Of a DNA stretch of 64,000 nt, positions 20,084 to 29,579 are shown in pieces (position 1 is the stretch's first letter; each line of letters starts with the position of its first letter). Source of the DNA: a bacterium (GTDB lineage: Bacteria; Electryoneota; JAOADG01); contig OY820579.1 of assembly GCA_963681965.1 (NCBI GenBank), forward strand, positions 2,272,001 to 2,336,000. Direction: 5' to 3'. The notes below the pieces were generated by a model. The model made no database searches, was not told where the DNA came from, and saw only the letters and a list, made by a program, of their open reading frames with translations. Position numbers and translations under genes: made by a program.

Positions 20084-20958
20084 GATAAAGCTCGTCTTGG
20101 AAGAGAAATATGATTTTTTTCGATAAGTACAATTTGAGTACTAAATTTTATCTTTACTCTTATAGCGCAATCGGCTGAAAAGCAATTTGGGTGGTTGCCC
20201 TTAGTCGACTCAAATAAAAGAATATTTTCTTTCATATGAATTGGAAGCGATGATTGTAATGGCATTTGATAATAATTTTGGACGTACTCCTTCATACAAC
20301 AAAAATAAAAATAGTATGCTGTGGCTTGTTGAATCGGTAGAGTGCTGACTTGCAGTGAATCAATAATTTTGTGTTCTTTTAACCACCAATCACATAAAAC
20401 AAGAAACTCGTAATCAACCAATCCCCCAGCACCGCTTTTAAAATCCCAATAATGTGGCGATTTTGGGTCGTCGTATTCATCGCTGCGATGTGGGTTTCCG
20501 AGGAAGAATCTGTGCAAATTATCGAATGAAGTATTTTTCAACCAATACTTGAATTTACTAATAAATTCTTGGTAGATCGACTGGTTTCCTGCAAGAAATC
20601 GAAGGTGAGGAAAAGAGACAAGTAATGGAAAAGAGTAGGTGTCGATTGCTTTATCGAGAGAATTAATGATGAAATGCGTTGGATGATTTGGTGTGTATCG
20701 TTTAAGTAGCGATTTTATCAAATCGCGATCAATGTTTGGTGATCGATAAAGAACGAAGAAATCAATATCGGAAAACTGATTTGGATGACCGCGAGCGTAG
20801 CTTCCCCTTAAACAGATAGCAAAAGTTTGATTATTCAAAAATGAAGAAATATGCTCTTCGGAAAGATAGGCGTGAAGTTGTTCAACTCGTTTTAAGAATT
20901 TCTCTTGATATGTCAGCGATAATTTTAAGAATGTTGTCGGGTTGTTTGTGATAAACAT
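20077..20958 (-). CDS. stand-alone GlnD/GlnE-like nucleotidyltransferase (Pol-beta superfamily)
   Basis: RGSYARG-x5-SDID catalytic motif, RFLAGN, DFKSGAGGLVDYEF (GlnE/GlnD KxxxGGLxD motif). Confidence 0.75.
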   Translation of the reverse strand: MFITNNPTTFLKLSLTYQEKFLKRVEQLHAYLSEEHISSFLNNQTFAICLRGSYARGHPNQFSDIDFFVLYRSPNIDRDLIKSLLKRYTPNHPTHFIINSLDKAIDTYSFPLLVSFPHLRFLAGNQSIYQEFISKFKYWLKNTSFDNLHRFFLGNPHRSDEYDDPKSPHYWDFKSGAGGLVDYEFLVLCDWWLKEHKIIDSLQVSTLPIQQATAYYFYFCCMKEYVQNYYQMPLQSSLPIHMKENILLFESTKGNHPNCFSADCAIRVKIKFSTQIVLIEKNHISLPRRALSC

Positions 20959-21124
20959 AAACAATACCTATGCAAACTTCATTCGATCACAGTAGTAAAA
21001 AAATCCATAAATAGTTTCTTCATGAGGCAATTAGTATTCTTGTAAAGATAATAATAAACTAAACAAATTCAAAATGGTATTTGGTAAAATATAAACAATC
21101 AACTTACATGTTGACGAGATATCT

Positions 21125-21158
21125 AAAAAATAATTCCGGTAAAACTATACCGGAATTA
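21125..21158 (-). terminator. island-borne terminator for tnaA
   Basis: TAATTCCGGTA/TACCGGAATTA stem then T-run on minus, about 25 nt past the tnaA stop. Confidence 0.6.
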
Positions 21159-21181
21159 TCAATTAAGTTAAATTGTGTTTC

Positions 21182-22549
21182 TTACACCCGTTCGAATTTT
21201 GTGGTGAAGTGCCGCAGGATCGGCGGTTCGTAAGTGATCCGCAGACCTTTGATTTTGTGAGCGCGATCTTTCAACTTCTTCATCCCGTCGGCAACAAATT
21301 CGAGATGCGAATTCGTGTATGCGCGTCGCGGAACGCAAAGCCTTAGCAATTCCAATTTCGGATAGCGGTTTTCGCGGGTTACCGGATCGCGATCCGCCAG
21401 TACCGTGCCAATTTCCACACCACGGACACCCGCCTCGATATAGGCTTCCACGCCCAGCACCTGCGCCGGGAACGCTTCGCGCGGAATATTCGGCAACAAT
21501 TTCAAGGCATCGACGTAGATCGCATGTCCACCTGCCGGCTGTACGATCGGAATGCCGCGTTCCAACAAGAGATCGCCGAAATATTTCACCTGAGCCAACC
21601 GGAATTCGAGGTAATCTTCTTCAACACCTTCGCGTAGACCGACCGCCAATGCTTCCAAGTCGCGTCCCGATTGACCGCCGTACGTCACGAACCCTTCAAA
21701 CAGAATTCCGAAAATCGAGCACTGACGATACAGCTCTTCGTCGCGACAGGCAATAAAGCCACCGATATTCACCAGCGCGTCCTTCTTCGAGGACATCGTG
21801 CAACCATCTGCCATGGAAAATAGTTCGAGGGCAATTTCTTTGACCGATTTCTGTGAATATCCATTTTCGCGCTGTTGAATGAATTTGCAATTTTCGGCAT
21901 AGCGCGCGGCATCGATGAATAATTTCACGTCATACTTGTCGCACAAGGCTTTCACGGCACGGGCATTTTCCATCGAGACTGGTTGTCCGCCGGTGCTGTT
22001 ACAGGTAACCGTGAGTAATACGAAGGGAATTAATTTCTTCGGAGCATATTCCTGCAAAACCGATTCCAGTTTTTTCAGGCAGACATTCCCTTTGAACGGA
22101 TGGATCAGCTCCGGATCGAAAGCGTTGTCGTCGGTGCAGTCGATCGCGTGCGCTTTGCGATATTCGATGTGTCCTTTGGTCGTATCGAAATGCGAATTGC
22201 CGGGAATGACTTCTCCTTCGTGAACCAATACACTATGCAGTACGTTTTCGGCAGCACGCCCTTGGTGGGTGGGGAGGACGAAGGGAAAACCCATGATATC
22301 CTGAACCGCTTTTTGGAAATTGTAGAATGAGCGCGCACCGGCATACGATTCGTCGCCCATCATCAACGCTGCCCACTGCGCATTCGACATCGCGCCGGTA
22401 CCACTGTCCGAGAGCATATCGATGAAGACATCTTCCGAATGCAAGCCAAATAGATTGTAGCCGGTTTCCTTGATTTTTTGTTCCCGCTCGTCGCGCGGCA
22501 GGAGCCGGATCGGCTCAATCATCTTGATTCGGTAGGGTTCTGGAAACAT
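21182..22549 (-). CDS. tnaA: tryptophanase (PLP-dependent beta-eliminating lyase)
   Basis: PEPYRIKMIE, SDSGTGAMS, THQGRAAE, MSSKKD (PLP Lys); LRHFT carries the His typical of TnaA rather than the Phe of tyrosine phenol-lyase. Confidence 0.88.
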   Translation of the reverse strand: MFPEPYRIKMIEPIRLLPRDEREQKIKETGYNLFGLHSEDVFIDMLSDSGTGAMSNAQWAALMMGDESYAGARSFYNFQKAVQDIMGFPFVLPTHQGRAAENVLHSVLVHEGEVIPGNSHFDTTKGHIEYRKAHAIDCTDDNAFDPELIHPFKGNVCLKKLESVLQEYAPKKLIPFVLLTVTCNSTGGQPVSMENARAVKALCDKYDVKLFIDAARYAENCKFIQQRENGYSQKSVKEIALELFSMADGCTMSSKKDALVNIGGFIACRDEELYRQCSIFGILFEGFVTYGGQSGRDLEALAVGLREGVEEDYLEFRLAQVKYFGDLLLERGIPIVQPAGGHAIYVDALKLLPNIPREAFPAQVLGVEAYIEAGVRGVEIGTVLADRDPVTRENRYPKLELLRLCVPRRAYTNSHLEFVADGMKKLKDRAHKIKGLRITYEPPILRHFTTKFERV

Positions 22550-22750
22550 CGTAACTCCGTTCAATAGTACTTCCCAGCGACACCTTCTTACCGAAAAATC
22601 CCGGAAGAAAGTGGTGAAACTTGGTTGATTCGCAGTATCCGGCAGCGAACTGACATTGTCCGGCAACCTGCCGGGTAAAATATAACCTCGAAAACCGCGA
22701 TTCCGAAAAGTTTGTTTTTTATCGAAATACCTTTGAGTTTGCGATACCGA

Positions 22751-23686
22751 TCACGTTTTTTTCAGGGTCGTCGACCACTGCCGCAAAATCCACCCGATAG
22801 CCCCGTACACCAAGCTGATCAACGTATTTGCCCGAATTGCGAGTGGAAACAGCATCGCCTGAGCCGGTGAATATCCCAACATCACCCCGATTTCCGCCGC
22901 ACCGATATCGGCAATCCCGATCCCGCCCGGAATAAAACTGCCGACGATCACGAATGTGGTCACACTCATCAACAGCATTGCATCGAACAGCGTCACAGGC
23001 GCGTTGAATGCCGCTGCCAGCGCCCACCACATCACTGCGATCGAGATCCAGAGGATCAGCGTGAGCGCCAATACCGATTTCCGTTCTAACAGTAAATGCG
23101 ATGCCGATCGCATCCCCTCGAAGAGACTGCGAAGTTTCGGCGACCACCGTACCGCCAGCACCAAACCCACGATACCGCAGGCAATCACTCCAATCACCAC
23201 TCCCAGCACCAGCAGCAGCCGATCGGCGAGGTAGGTCCGCAGTTTCGCCTGCGTCAGGATGCCGATTGTAGAAAACAACAGCAGTGTCGCAACGTCGACG
23301 ACACGTTCAACGGCAACGATACCATACTGCGAACCACGCTGTTCTCCGAGAATCCGGTGCGATAATTCCGCTTTCAGAAATTCACCGGCATTCATCGGTG
23401 TGATCGATCCGAGTCCTTTTGCAATCATCGTGACGATCGCGAGATCGCGCCACGGCAGCAGCCGTGGTGTTGCCGAGAGCAGAACACCCCAGCGGATCGT
23501 GGAGAACAAGAGGAACACACCGTAGAACAGAAAACCAGTGATCAACCACCAGGGTGAGACCCGAAACCCTTCACGGAACAGGTCGGGCGGGGAGCGCCAG
23601 ATAAAGTAGAGGACAGCGGCAACGATTCCGACCAGTGTCAGTAACCACTGCAGGATGATGCGACCGCGATGGCTGGATAGCGTCAT
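22751..23686 (-). CDS. lysylphosphatidylglycerol synthase TM-domain / flippase-like membrane protein (UPF0104)
   Basis: RW..LL, TPMNAGE..K, VERVVD, PGGIGIAD motifs; ATGA overlap with the coaD stop. Confidence 0.8.
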   Translation of the reverse strand: MTLSSHRGRIILQWLLTLVGIVAAVLYFIWRSPPDLFREGFRVSPWWLITGFLFYGVFLLFSTIRWGVLLSATPRLLPWRDLAIVTMIAKGLGSITPMNAGEFLKAELSHRILGEQRGSQYGIVAVERVVDVATLLLFSTIGILTQAKLRTYLADRLLLVLGVVIGVIACGIVGLVLAVRWSPKLRSLFEGMRSASHLLLERKSVLALTLILWISIAVMWWALAAAFNAPVTLFDAMLLMSVTTFVIVGSFIPGGIGIADIGAAEIGVMLGYSPAQAMLFPLAIRANTLISLVYGAIGWILRQWSTTLKKT

Positions 23687-24186
23687 TCGCTGGCTTTTCC
23701 GTACATCGGATATACTTCGCGCAATCGTCGTTGAACGGCTGCCGGTACGTACCGGGCGACATCGCCACCGTGCGATGCGACGTTCCGGATCAGCGAGCTG
23801 TTGAGATAGGTATAGCGCGCATGCGGCATCATGAAGATCGTGACGATTTCCGGGGCGAGTCGGCGATTCATCAATGCCATTTGAAATTCGAATTCGAAAT
23901 CGCTGGTGGCGCGAACGCCGCGGATCAGGGCGATGGCACAATGTTCTTCGGCGAATCGAACCACCAGTCCTTCGTACGTATCGACGTCTACCGACGGCAT
24001 TTCCGAAACACTCTCCTTGATCATCGCGACGCGCGTTTCCAAATCGAATAGCGGTTTCTTTTCGGGATTGGATGCGATGCAGACGATGATTTTATCGAAC
24101 AATACCGAGGCACGACGGATTACATCGAGATGACCATTCGTGATTGGATCGAATGTCCCCGGTACAACTGCCACACGTGGTGTCAC
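23683..24186 (-). CDS. coaD: pantetheine-phosphate adenylyltransferase
   Basis: PGTFDPITNGHLD, IRGVRATSDFEFE, SSLIR. Confidence 0.95.
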   Translation of the reverse strand: MTPRVAVVPGTFDPITNGHLDVIRRASVLFDKIIVCIASNPEKKPLFDLETRVAMIKESVSEMPSVDVDTYEGLVVRFAEEHCAIALIRGVRATSDFEFEFQMALMNRRLAPEIVTIFMMPHARYTYLNSSLIRNVASHGGDVARYVPAAVQRRLREVYPMYGKASE

Positions 24187-24291
24187 AACGTCTCTCCCTT
24201 GGAAAAATCAACATCAATAATGATTTGTCGGTCGTCTTCCGACGAAGCCGCAGGCATAAGGCTTATTATTAAATTGATTTTGATTTCTCTG

Positions 24292-24441
24292 GTAGGGGCG
24301 GTTCGCGAACCGCCCGTGTCCTATGATAACTCACGATTATTTTCGAATTTGGGAATCAAGATGGTCTAATTTACAATCGTTATCCTCAATATTGATCATC
24401 CCAACTTTCAACGTTACGGGCGGTTCGCGAACCGCCCCTAC
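24292..24441. repeat. inverted REP doublet (REPIN-like)
   Basis: GTAGGGGCGGTTCGCGAACCGCCCG and its reverse complement flank about 100 bp of AT-rich DNA. Confidence 0.85.
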
Positions 24442-24601
24442 CTCAAAATTCCCATTCAAACGCGAACGTTTTTCGCCGTTACCAAAAACATAATTAATAT
24501 ACACCAAAACGGGCGAACAATATCGCTCGCCCGTAACACAAGTTATTCTCAATACCGGTTCATTGCCGATAAATTATGCACTGACAAGAATCCGGAAAAA
24601 A

Positions 24602-25024
24602 CTACTCTTCGGTTTTCTCGTCGGTCTTTTCTTCTTTCGCTTCCTTGGCTGCTTTCTTCGCATTCTGGAACTTCGGAATGGCATCGGAAATCGAATTCAC
24701 TAAGTCAGGCAATTTCGCCGTCAGATTATCCAACACGCTCGGTTTCGTTCCGAACAAGTGAATATTGTGTCCATCGATCACGATGAATGCCACCGGCGAG
24801 ACCGACAATCCCGCGCCGCCACCGGAACCGCCCGGACCGTCGCCATCCGCTTTGCCCGGTCCCGCGCCGCTTCCGGCACCGACACCCAATGCAACTTTCA
24901 CCACCGGGACAATGATCTTTTCACCGATCATTACCGGTTCGCCGACAACTGTTTTGGTAGCAGCAATATTCTGTAACTTGTCTAACAGCGTTTCCAGAAT
25001 TTCTTTGGTAGTTCCGCCTGCCAT
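24602..25024 (-). CDS. GerW/YtfJ family protein
   Basis: KTVVGEP..IVPV.KV..G.GAG and GGGAG.SVSPVAFIV motifs. Confidence 0.85.
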   Translation of the reverse strand: MAGGTTKEILETLLDKLQNIAATKTVVGEPVMIGEKIIVPVVKVALGVGAGSGAGPGKADGDGPGGSGGGAGLSVSPVAFIVIDGHNIHLFGTKPSVLDNLTAKLPDLVNSISDAIPKFQNAKKAAKEAKEEKTDEKTEE

Positions 25025-25097
25025 ATTTCCTCCTTGGTTCTGAATTGGATTGATGACTCAACTCAGGCATCAATCTTTTTGTAAAAAAAATAGTCTC

Positions 25098-26366
25098 TTA
25101 TTTCACGACTACGATGCGGTAGAGGTTCCCGTGTCGGACGATCGAAACCCGGAATGGGAGTTTCTGCCACTGCTTAAGCGCATTAGTCAGATCGCTGAGT
25201 TCGCCGGAAGCTTCCGATCCGTCGATCGTCAATTTCTCCGCAGTCGGGATCGCAAACGATTCGTCCGCTTTATAGCTTAAGAACGGTAGATAGAGGGTAA
25301 ATCGATCCGTCGGTGCATCGTATTTTCCGTTCAGCGAATCGACCTTACCGCCTTGCATCTTCCAAGCAGCTTTCATCGCCTCGGTTGGATCGTGGTCGGC
25401 AATGATTTGAACCATCGCTTCGCCCGACGAGATCGAGACTAACTCCAGTTTTCCACCCGATTCGGCAATTTGAAGGATCTTTGCAATCAATCCGCCGGGG
25501 CTGTCCGAAGTTTCTACCGGTGTTATGTGAGTGACGGTATCGGGTATCGAGGTTGCAGCACTTCCCTTCGCACTATCCGTCAGCGGTACTGTATGTGGTA
25601 CGGCTTTCGGTCGATTGTGGTAGCGATTGCTGTAAATCATCGCAACTGCACTCAAAATTGCGACAATGGCGGTGATTATGATGACCCGTTTGATCAGGCG
25701 GGCACTCTTCGAAAAGTCGAAATTGTGCTGGACCGGTTCTTCGGTAATGGTCTCTTCCGGAGGAGTAGATCCGGGCTTTTCCGAAAGAGTGTATACCGGT
25801 TTTTCGGGAACTCCGGGGAATTGATGCGCCGTCGGTTGCGTGACCGATAGCGATTTGAAATCGAATGACAACACTTCGCTGATTGGTTGATCGGGCAGTG
25901 CAAACCGGATTGCCGAAAGATTGTATCCGTGTTCCAGCAGGACGCCTTTCCAGAACGCCACTACCGCCGGACGCATCAGTGCGACATCGTGCATGCCGTC
26001 GCCGCGATCGCGATAGAGATAGAGATAATAGTCGAGATCGGTTTGCAGTTGTTTCGATAGTTCCCACGTGATTTGTCGGGGAATTTCCTCTTCCGGCAAC
26101 GACGGTGTCGGTATTTTCGTCGCCATTCCCCAGGATGGCGGTAACCACACTTCGAGATCGGTCGAAGCGGGTGTCGCAGTCGTGAAGATGGTCGAGAGAT
26201 AAGTTTTGAGTGCCTGAGTTGCAATCTCGGATTTGGTGATGATTGCTTCCAGCGGGAATGAGGCTTCGGTGGCTGCCGTTTCGACGAATTCGAGGGTCTG
26301 TTCCTCACCCTGCAATTCGCCTAATACAAATTCGTTTTCCCGGACCCAGAGCACGGCAGTATTCAT
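25098..26366 (-). CDS. hypothetical bitopic membrane protein, N-terminus PilM-like
   Basis: P.LPEEEI..QI.WEL...L resembles PilM; single central TM; overlaps the upstream ComEA-like stop. Confidence 0.5.
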   Translation of the reverse strand: MNTAVLWVRENEFVLGELQGEEQTLEFVETAATEASFPLEAIITKSEIATQALKTYLSTIFTTATPASTDLEVWLPPSWGMATKIPTPSLPEEEIPRQITWELSKQLQTDLDYYLYLYRDRGDGMHDVALMRPAVVAFWKGVLLEHGYNLSAIRFALPDQPISEVLSFDFKSLSVTQPTAHQFPGVPEKPVYTLSEKPGSTPPEETITEEPVQHNFDFSKSARLIKRVIIITAIVAILSAVAMIYSNRYHNRPKAVPHTVPLTDSAKGSAATSIPDTVTHITPVETSDSPGGLIAKILQIAESGGKLELVSISSGEAMVQIIADHDPTEAMKAAWKMQGGKVDSLNGKYDAPTDRFTLYLPFLSYKADESFAIPTAEKLTIDGSEASGELSDLTNALKQWQKLPFRVSIVRHGNLYRIVVVK

Positions 26367-26737
26367 TTTGCTCCTCCGGGTTGGGTTGTTGCAATCTTCA
26401 AGTACGGGGCGATCCGTTCCCAGTTGCTAGGACCGATACCGCGCACCCGATCGACGAAATCGGCTGCCGAGTGAAACGGCGTGCGAGTACGTTCGCTAAC
26501 GATGCGTGCTGCCATTTTCGGTCCAATTCCCGGTACCAGTTGTAACATTTCCGGCGACGCCAGATTCGGGTCGAGCGGAAAACGAATGGTTGTATCGGTT
26601 AATAATATAATGCTTGAATCGGAGCTATTCGCCCTTTTTTCAACCGGTTTCGATTTTTCGAACCAAGCTTTCGGAAAACACGCGAATAGGAGCACGATTG
26701 TAATAATCAGGATGACACTCCGTTCATAGGGTGTCAT
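26363..26737 (-). CDS. ComEA-like helix-hairpin-helix DNA-binding protein
   Basis: N-terminal TM; DPNLAS.E.L.LVPGIGPKMA.RIV and VRGIG motifs. Confidence 0.85.
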   Translation of the reverse strand: MTPYERSVILIITIVLLFACFPKAWFEKSKPVEKRANSSDSSIILLTDTTIRFPLDPNLASPEMLQLVPGIGPKMAARIVSERTRTPFHSAADFVDRVRGIGPSNWERIAPYLKIATTQPGGAK

Positions 26738-26771
26738 CCTGATTGAGAACGTTCGGTGGTGATGGGGTGTA

Positions 26772-28079
26772 TCAGACTTCTTTAAGTTTTCCGAATTCTG
26801 CGAAGACAATCGGCTTATCCTCTACGACAGCTTTATCGCGGATCGCTTTCAGTGTCTTTTGCTGAGCGATTTCAATCTTGATCGATCGGCGACGGACCGG
26901 ATCCTCGAATTTCTCGCGGATTTCCGCAACCGGAACTTTATTGGTCTTGGCATAGACCTGAATTTCATGTTCGATTTCTTCATCGGTCGGTTCGATCGAC
27001 AACTGCTGGGCAATCCGTTCCGCCAGCAATTCCCACTTCGCTTCGTTCTCGGCGGCGGGTTTTACGATCTTCTCGATGAATTCCGGGGGAATTTCAATAT
27101 CGCGACCTTCGGACAGACGTTCCTTGATCTTCTCTTCGGCATAGCTGACCAGCGCCGGCGGCAGATCAAGCGTATTGCCCGCAATCACGCTGTCGCGCAA
27201 CCGGATCAACAACCCTTCTTCGGCACGACGGTCGGCATTCGCCTGCAATTCGCTCTTCAGCGCATCGCGCAAATCGGCGACAGTCTTGAATTTCGACGTG
27301 AACATCTGGGCGTATTCGTCGGTTACTTCCGGCAATTCGCGTGTCAATACCCGTTCGACTTTGACCCGGAAGGTATACTTGTTTTCGTGGGTGTGGTCGC
27401 CGTGGGTGTGTGTTTCGGTCACTTCCACCTTGCGCGTTTCACCAGCTATCGCGCCGAGCAACTGGTCGCTGCTGGTCGCACCAAGCGGATCGCCGCTCAC
27501 CGGGAGCGACTGGATCTGGCGGACAGATTCTTTCAGTACGAACCCTTCGTCGTCGAGTTGCGCAATTTCACAGGCGAGGAAATTGTCGGCGGTAGCCGCT
27601 AAATCGGTATCGAGGTACTTCGCATGTCGGACGCGCAACTCTTCGAGTGAGGCGTCGATATCGGCTTCGGTCACTTCCACCTGATATTTCCACGCTGCGA
27701 CGCTATCGAAGCCAACTGCTTCGAATTCCGGTGCTACCGGGACTTTCGCGGTGAAATTGATATCCTGATTTTCGCCATAGACCACATCGTCGATTTCCGC
27801 GGTCGCAACCGGGTCGACTTTCGCTTCGGTCAATGCGATCGGGAACGCTTCCTGAATAATTTCTTGTGCCAGTTCCTGCAGGATCGTTTCACCGAACCGC
27901 GATTTGATGATGTGCAACGGAATTCTACCGGGGCGAAAGCCGGGGAGTTTCAATTGGGTTGCGGTGTTATAGAGTTGTTCTTGATAGCGGGTCGACAGCT
28001 CTGCGGCTGGAACCGTTACACGGAGTTCGATTGTGGTCGAATCGATCCGATTGCTGTCGAACTTAATTGCTTCGATCAT
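26772..28079 (-). CDS. tig: trigger factor
   Basis: LPGFRPGRIP ribosome-binding motif; length and position downstream of tRNA-Leu. Confidence 0.92.
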   Translation of the reverse strand: MIEAIKFDSNRIDSTTIELRVTVPAAELSTRYQEQLYNTATQLKLPGFRPGRIPLHIIKSRFGETILQELAQEIIQEAFPIALTEAKVDPVATAEIDDVVYGENQDINFTAKVPVAPEFEAVGFDSVAAWKYQVEVTEADIDASLEELRVRHAKYLDTDLAATADNFLACEIAQLDDEGFVLKESVRQIQSLPVSGDPLGATSSDQLLGAIAGETRKVEVTETHTHGDHTHENKYTFRVKVERVLTRELPEVTDEYAQMFTSKFKTVADLRDALKSELQANADRRAEEGLLIRLRDSVIAGNTLDLPPALVSYAEEKIKERLSEGRDIEIPPEFIEKIVKPAAENEAKWELLAERIAQQLSIEPTDEEIEHEIQVYAKTNKVPVAEIREKFEDPVRRRSIKIEIAQQKTLKAIRDKAVVEDKPIVFAEFGKLKEV

Positions 28080-28148
28080 GAAATTTGTCCTAATGGGTGA
28101 ATGATTCCGTTCGCATTTGGCAGTACGAACGAAGAAATAAAACGGGCG

Positions 28149-28230
<82 letters not shown>

Positions 28231-28272
28231 GGAGAACGCAAATATCCAATGTATCTCATTATTTCGGCTGGA

Positions 28273-29028
28273 TCAAGTTACCGGTTTTCGGTGTTGACGG
28301 TACGCAAGCCATAAAAGTAGTACGGTTATCCAAGGGAACCTTAATATTTCCAATAAGATCCAAATAATAATCCGGAGCGGGACCACTTTCATGATCAACG
28401 AAGACTCCCAGCGCCAGACACCTTCGACAAAATCACCATCGAATGCCAAATCAAGTCGCTGCGGTTTTAATGGAAGTATTGCACAACCAATACCATAAAG
28501 AAAACCAATTTGAGCAGGATCCTCGCCTCCGAATTGTATCCGGCAGCGGCACTCCTCGCAACTGGGTACTTTCAGCAGTCGACCGATCATCCGCAGGAAT
28601 TGCTTTAGGATTTTTACAAATCGTTTCTGTTCTTCGACGATTAGTGCAAACCATGCGACTTCCGGTTCGGATTTGTCCGCGTTTTTTTTCTTCTGATCGG
28701 TGGATGGCGTCAGTTCATCTGATCCACCCGGTTGATTTGGTTCCGATGGCGATGATTTTTTCTTGCCGAAACTGAAATTGATGTGAATACCCGTCGATTC
28801 CGGTTCCGGTTCGGATGGGGTGGTGATTGCTTTTCCATCGGATTCTACAGCCTTTGCTGGTTCAGTCGATTTTTTCGCGGGGAAGCTGCTGCGTGATTTG
28901 AACCAGAGCCATTGCAGTTCGAAGTAACCGGTTTTGTCGAGCAGAAAGAATCGAAAGCGCACCGGGAACGCCAAGATGATCGCGAGTACGATCACAATTC
29001 CCAGTAGAATTTCGAGGAGGAGCATCAT
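28273..29028 (-). CDS. DUF2953 (YtfI-like) membrane protein
   Basis: N-terminal TM LLEILLGIVIVLAIILAFPVR; FGGEDPAQIGFLYG motif; ATGA overlap with the tadA stop. Confidence 0.7.
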   Translation of the reverse strand: MMLLLEILLGIVIVLAIILAFPVRFRFFLLDKTGYFELQWLWFKSRSSFPAKKSTEPAKAVESDGKAITTPSEPEPESTGIHINFSFGKKKSSPSEPNQPGGSDELTPSTDQKKKNADKSEPEVAWFALIVEEQKRFVKILKQFLRMIGRLLKVPSCEECRCRIQFGGEDPAQIGFLYGIGCAILPLKPQRLDLAFDGDFVEGVWRWESSLIMKVVPLRIIIWILLEILRFPWITVLLLWLAYRQHRKPVT

Positions 29029-29522
29029 TCGAGTAGATCGTTTCCATTGTGAAGCGGTTTGGTGGCACCGGGAAGGCGTTTGCTGCGGAAAAAATTCTGC
29101 AACATTTCGGCACAGGCACCTTCGCGAATGCCGCCAATGACGGTGACTTTCCGCCCGAGCCTGCCGTCTTCGAGGAGATTGTAGAGACTGCCACAGGCAC
29201 CCAGTTTCGGATCGGATGCACCAAATACGATCCGGTCGATATGGGCAAGCAGAATCGCGCCAGCGCACATCGGGCACGGTTCGAGAGTAGTATACAATGT
29301 ACATCCCTCGAGCAACGGTTCGCCGAGCGCTTCGGCGGCGGCGGTGATCGCAATCATTTCGGCGTGCGCGGTCGGATCGCAGCCGGCGATGATCCGATTA
29401 TAACCCGTTCCGAGCAGCCGTTCGCCGCGCATCACGACGGCACCGACCGGCACTTCGTCGGCATCGAGGGCATATTGCGCCTGACGGAGGGCGCGCTCCA
29501 TTCCGCGATCCAGTTCATTCAT
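29025..29522 (-). CDS. tadA: tRNA adenosine(34) deaminase
   Basis: EVPVGAV, DPTAHAE, TLEPCPMCAGA, FF..KR. Confidence 0.92.
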   Translation of the reverse strand: MNELDRGMERALRQAQYALDADEVPVGAVVMRGERLLGTGYNRIIAGCDPTAHAEMIAITAAAEALGEPLLEGCTLYTTLEPCPMCAGAILLAHIDRIVFGASDPKLGACGSLYNLLEDGRLGRKVTVIGGIREGACAEMLQNFFRSKRLPGATKPLHNGNDLLE

Positions 29523-29579
29523 GTTGTGCAACAACCCAATTCATTCATAGCGAGAATATAATCCGATGCAATCCGTTTT

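Larger units (their letters stand above)
17969..21240 (-). mobile_element. AT-rich genomic islet inserted at the tnaA 3' end; no integrase
   Basis: Flanking 68 bp direct repeats, visibly much lower GC than neighbours, four co-oriented genes. Confidence 0.8.

Noticed and set aside
17969-21181. Prophage, ICE or CBASS
   Set aside because: No integrase, structural or conjugation genes; the nucleotidyltransferase has GlnD/GlnE-type rather than CD-NTase features
21182-22549. Tyrosine phenol-lyase as alternative call
   Set aside because: C-terminal LRHFT matches tryptophanase rather than the LRFFT of TPL; not excluded without a tree
22550-22700. tnaC-like leader peptide upstream of tnaA
   Set aside because: No separate short ORF with the W..D...P* pattern; only an in-frame extension without an RBS
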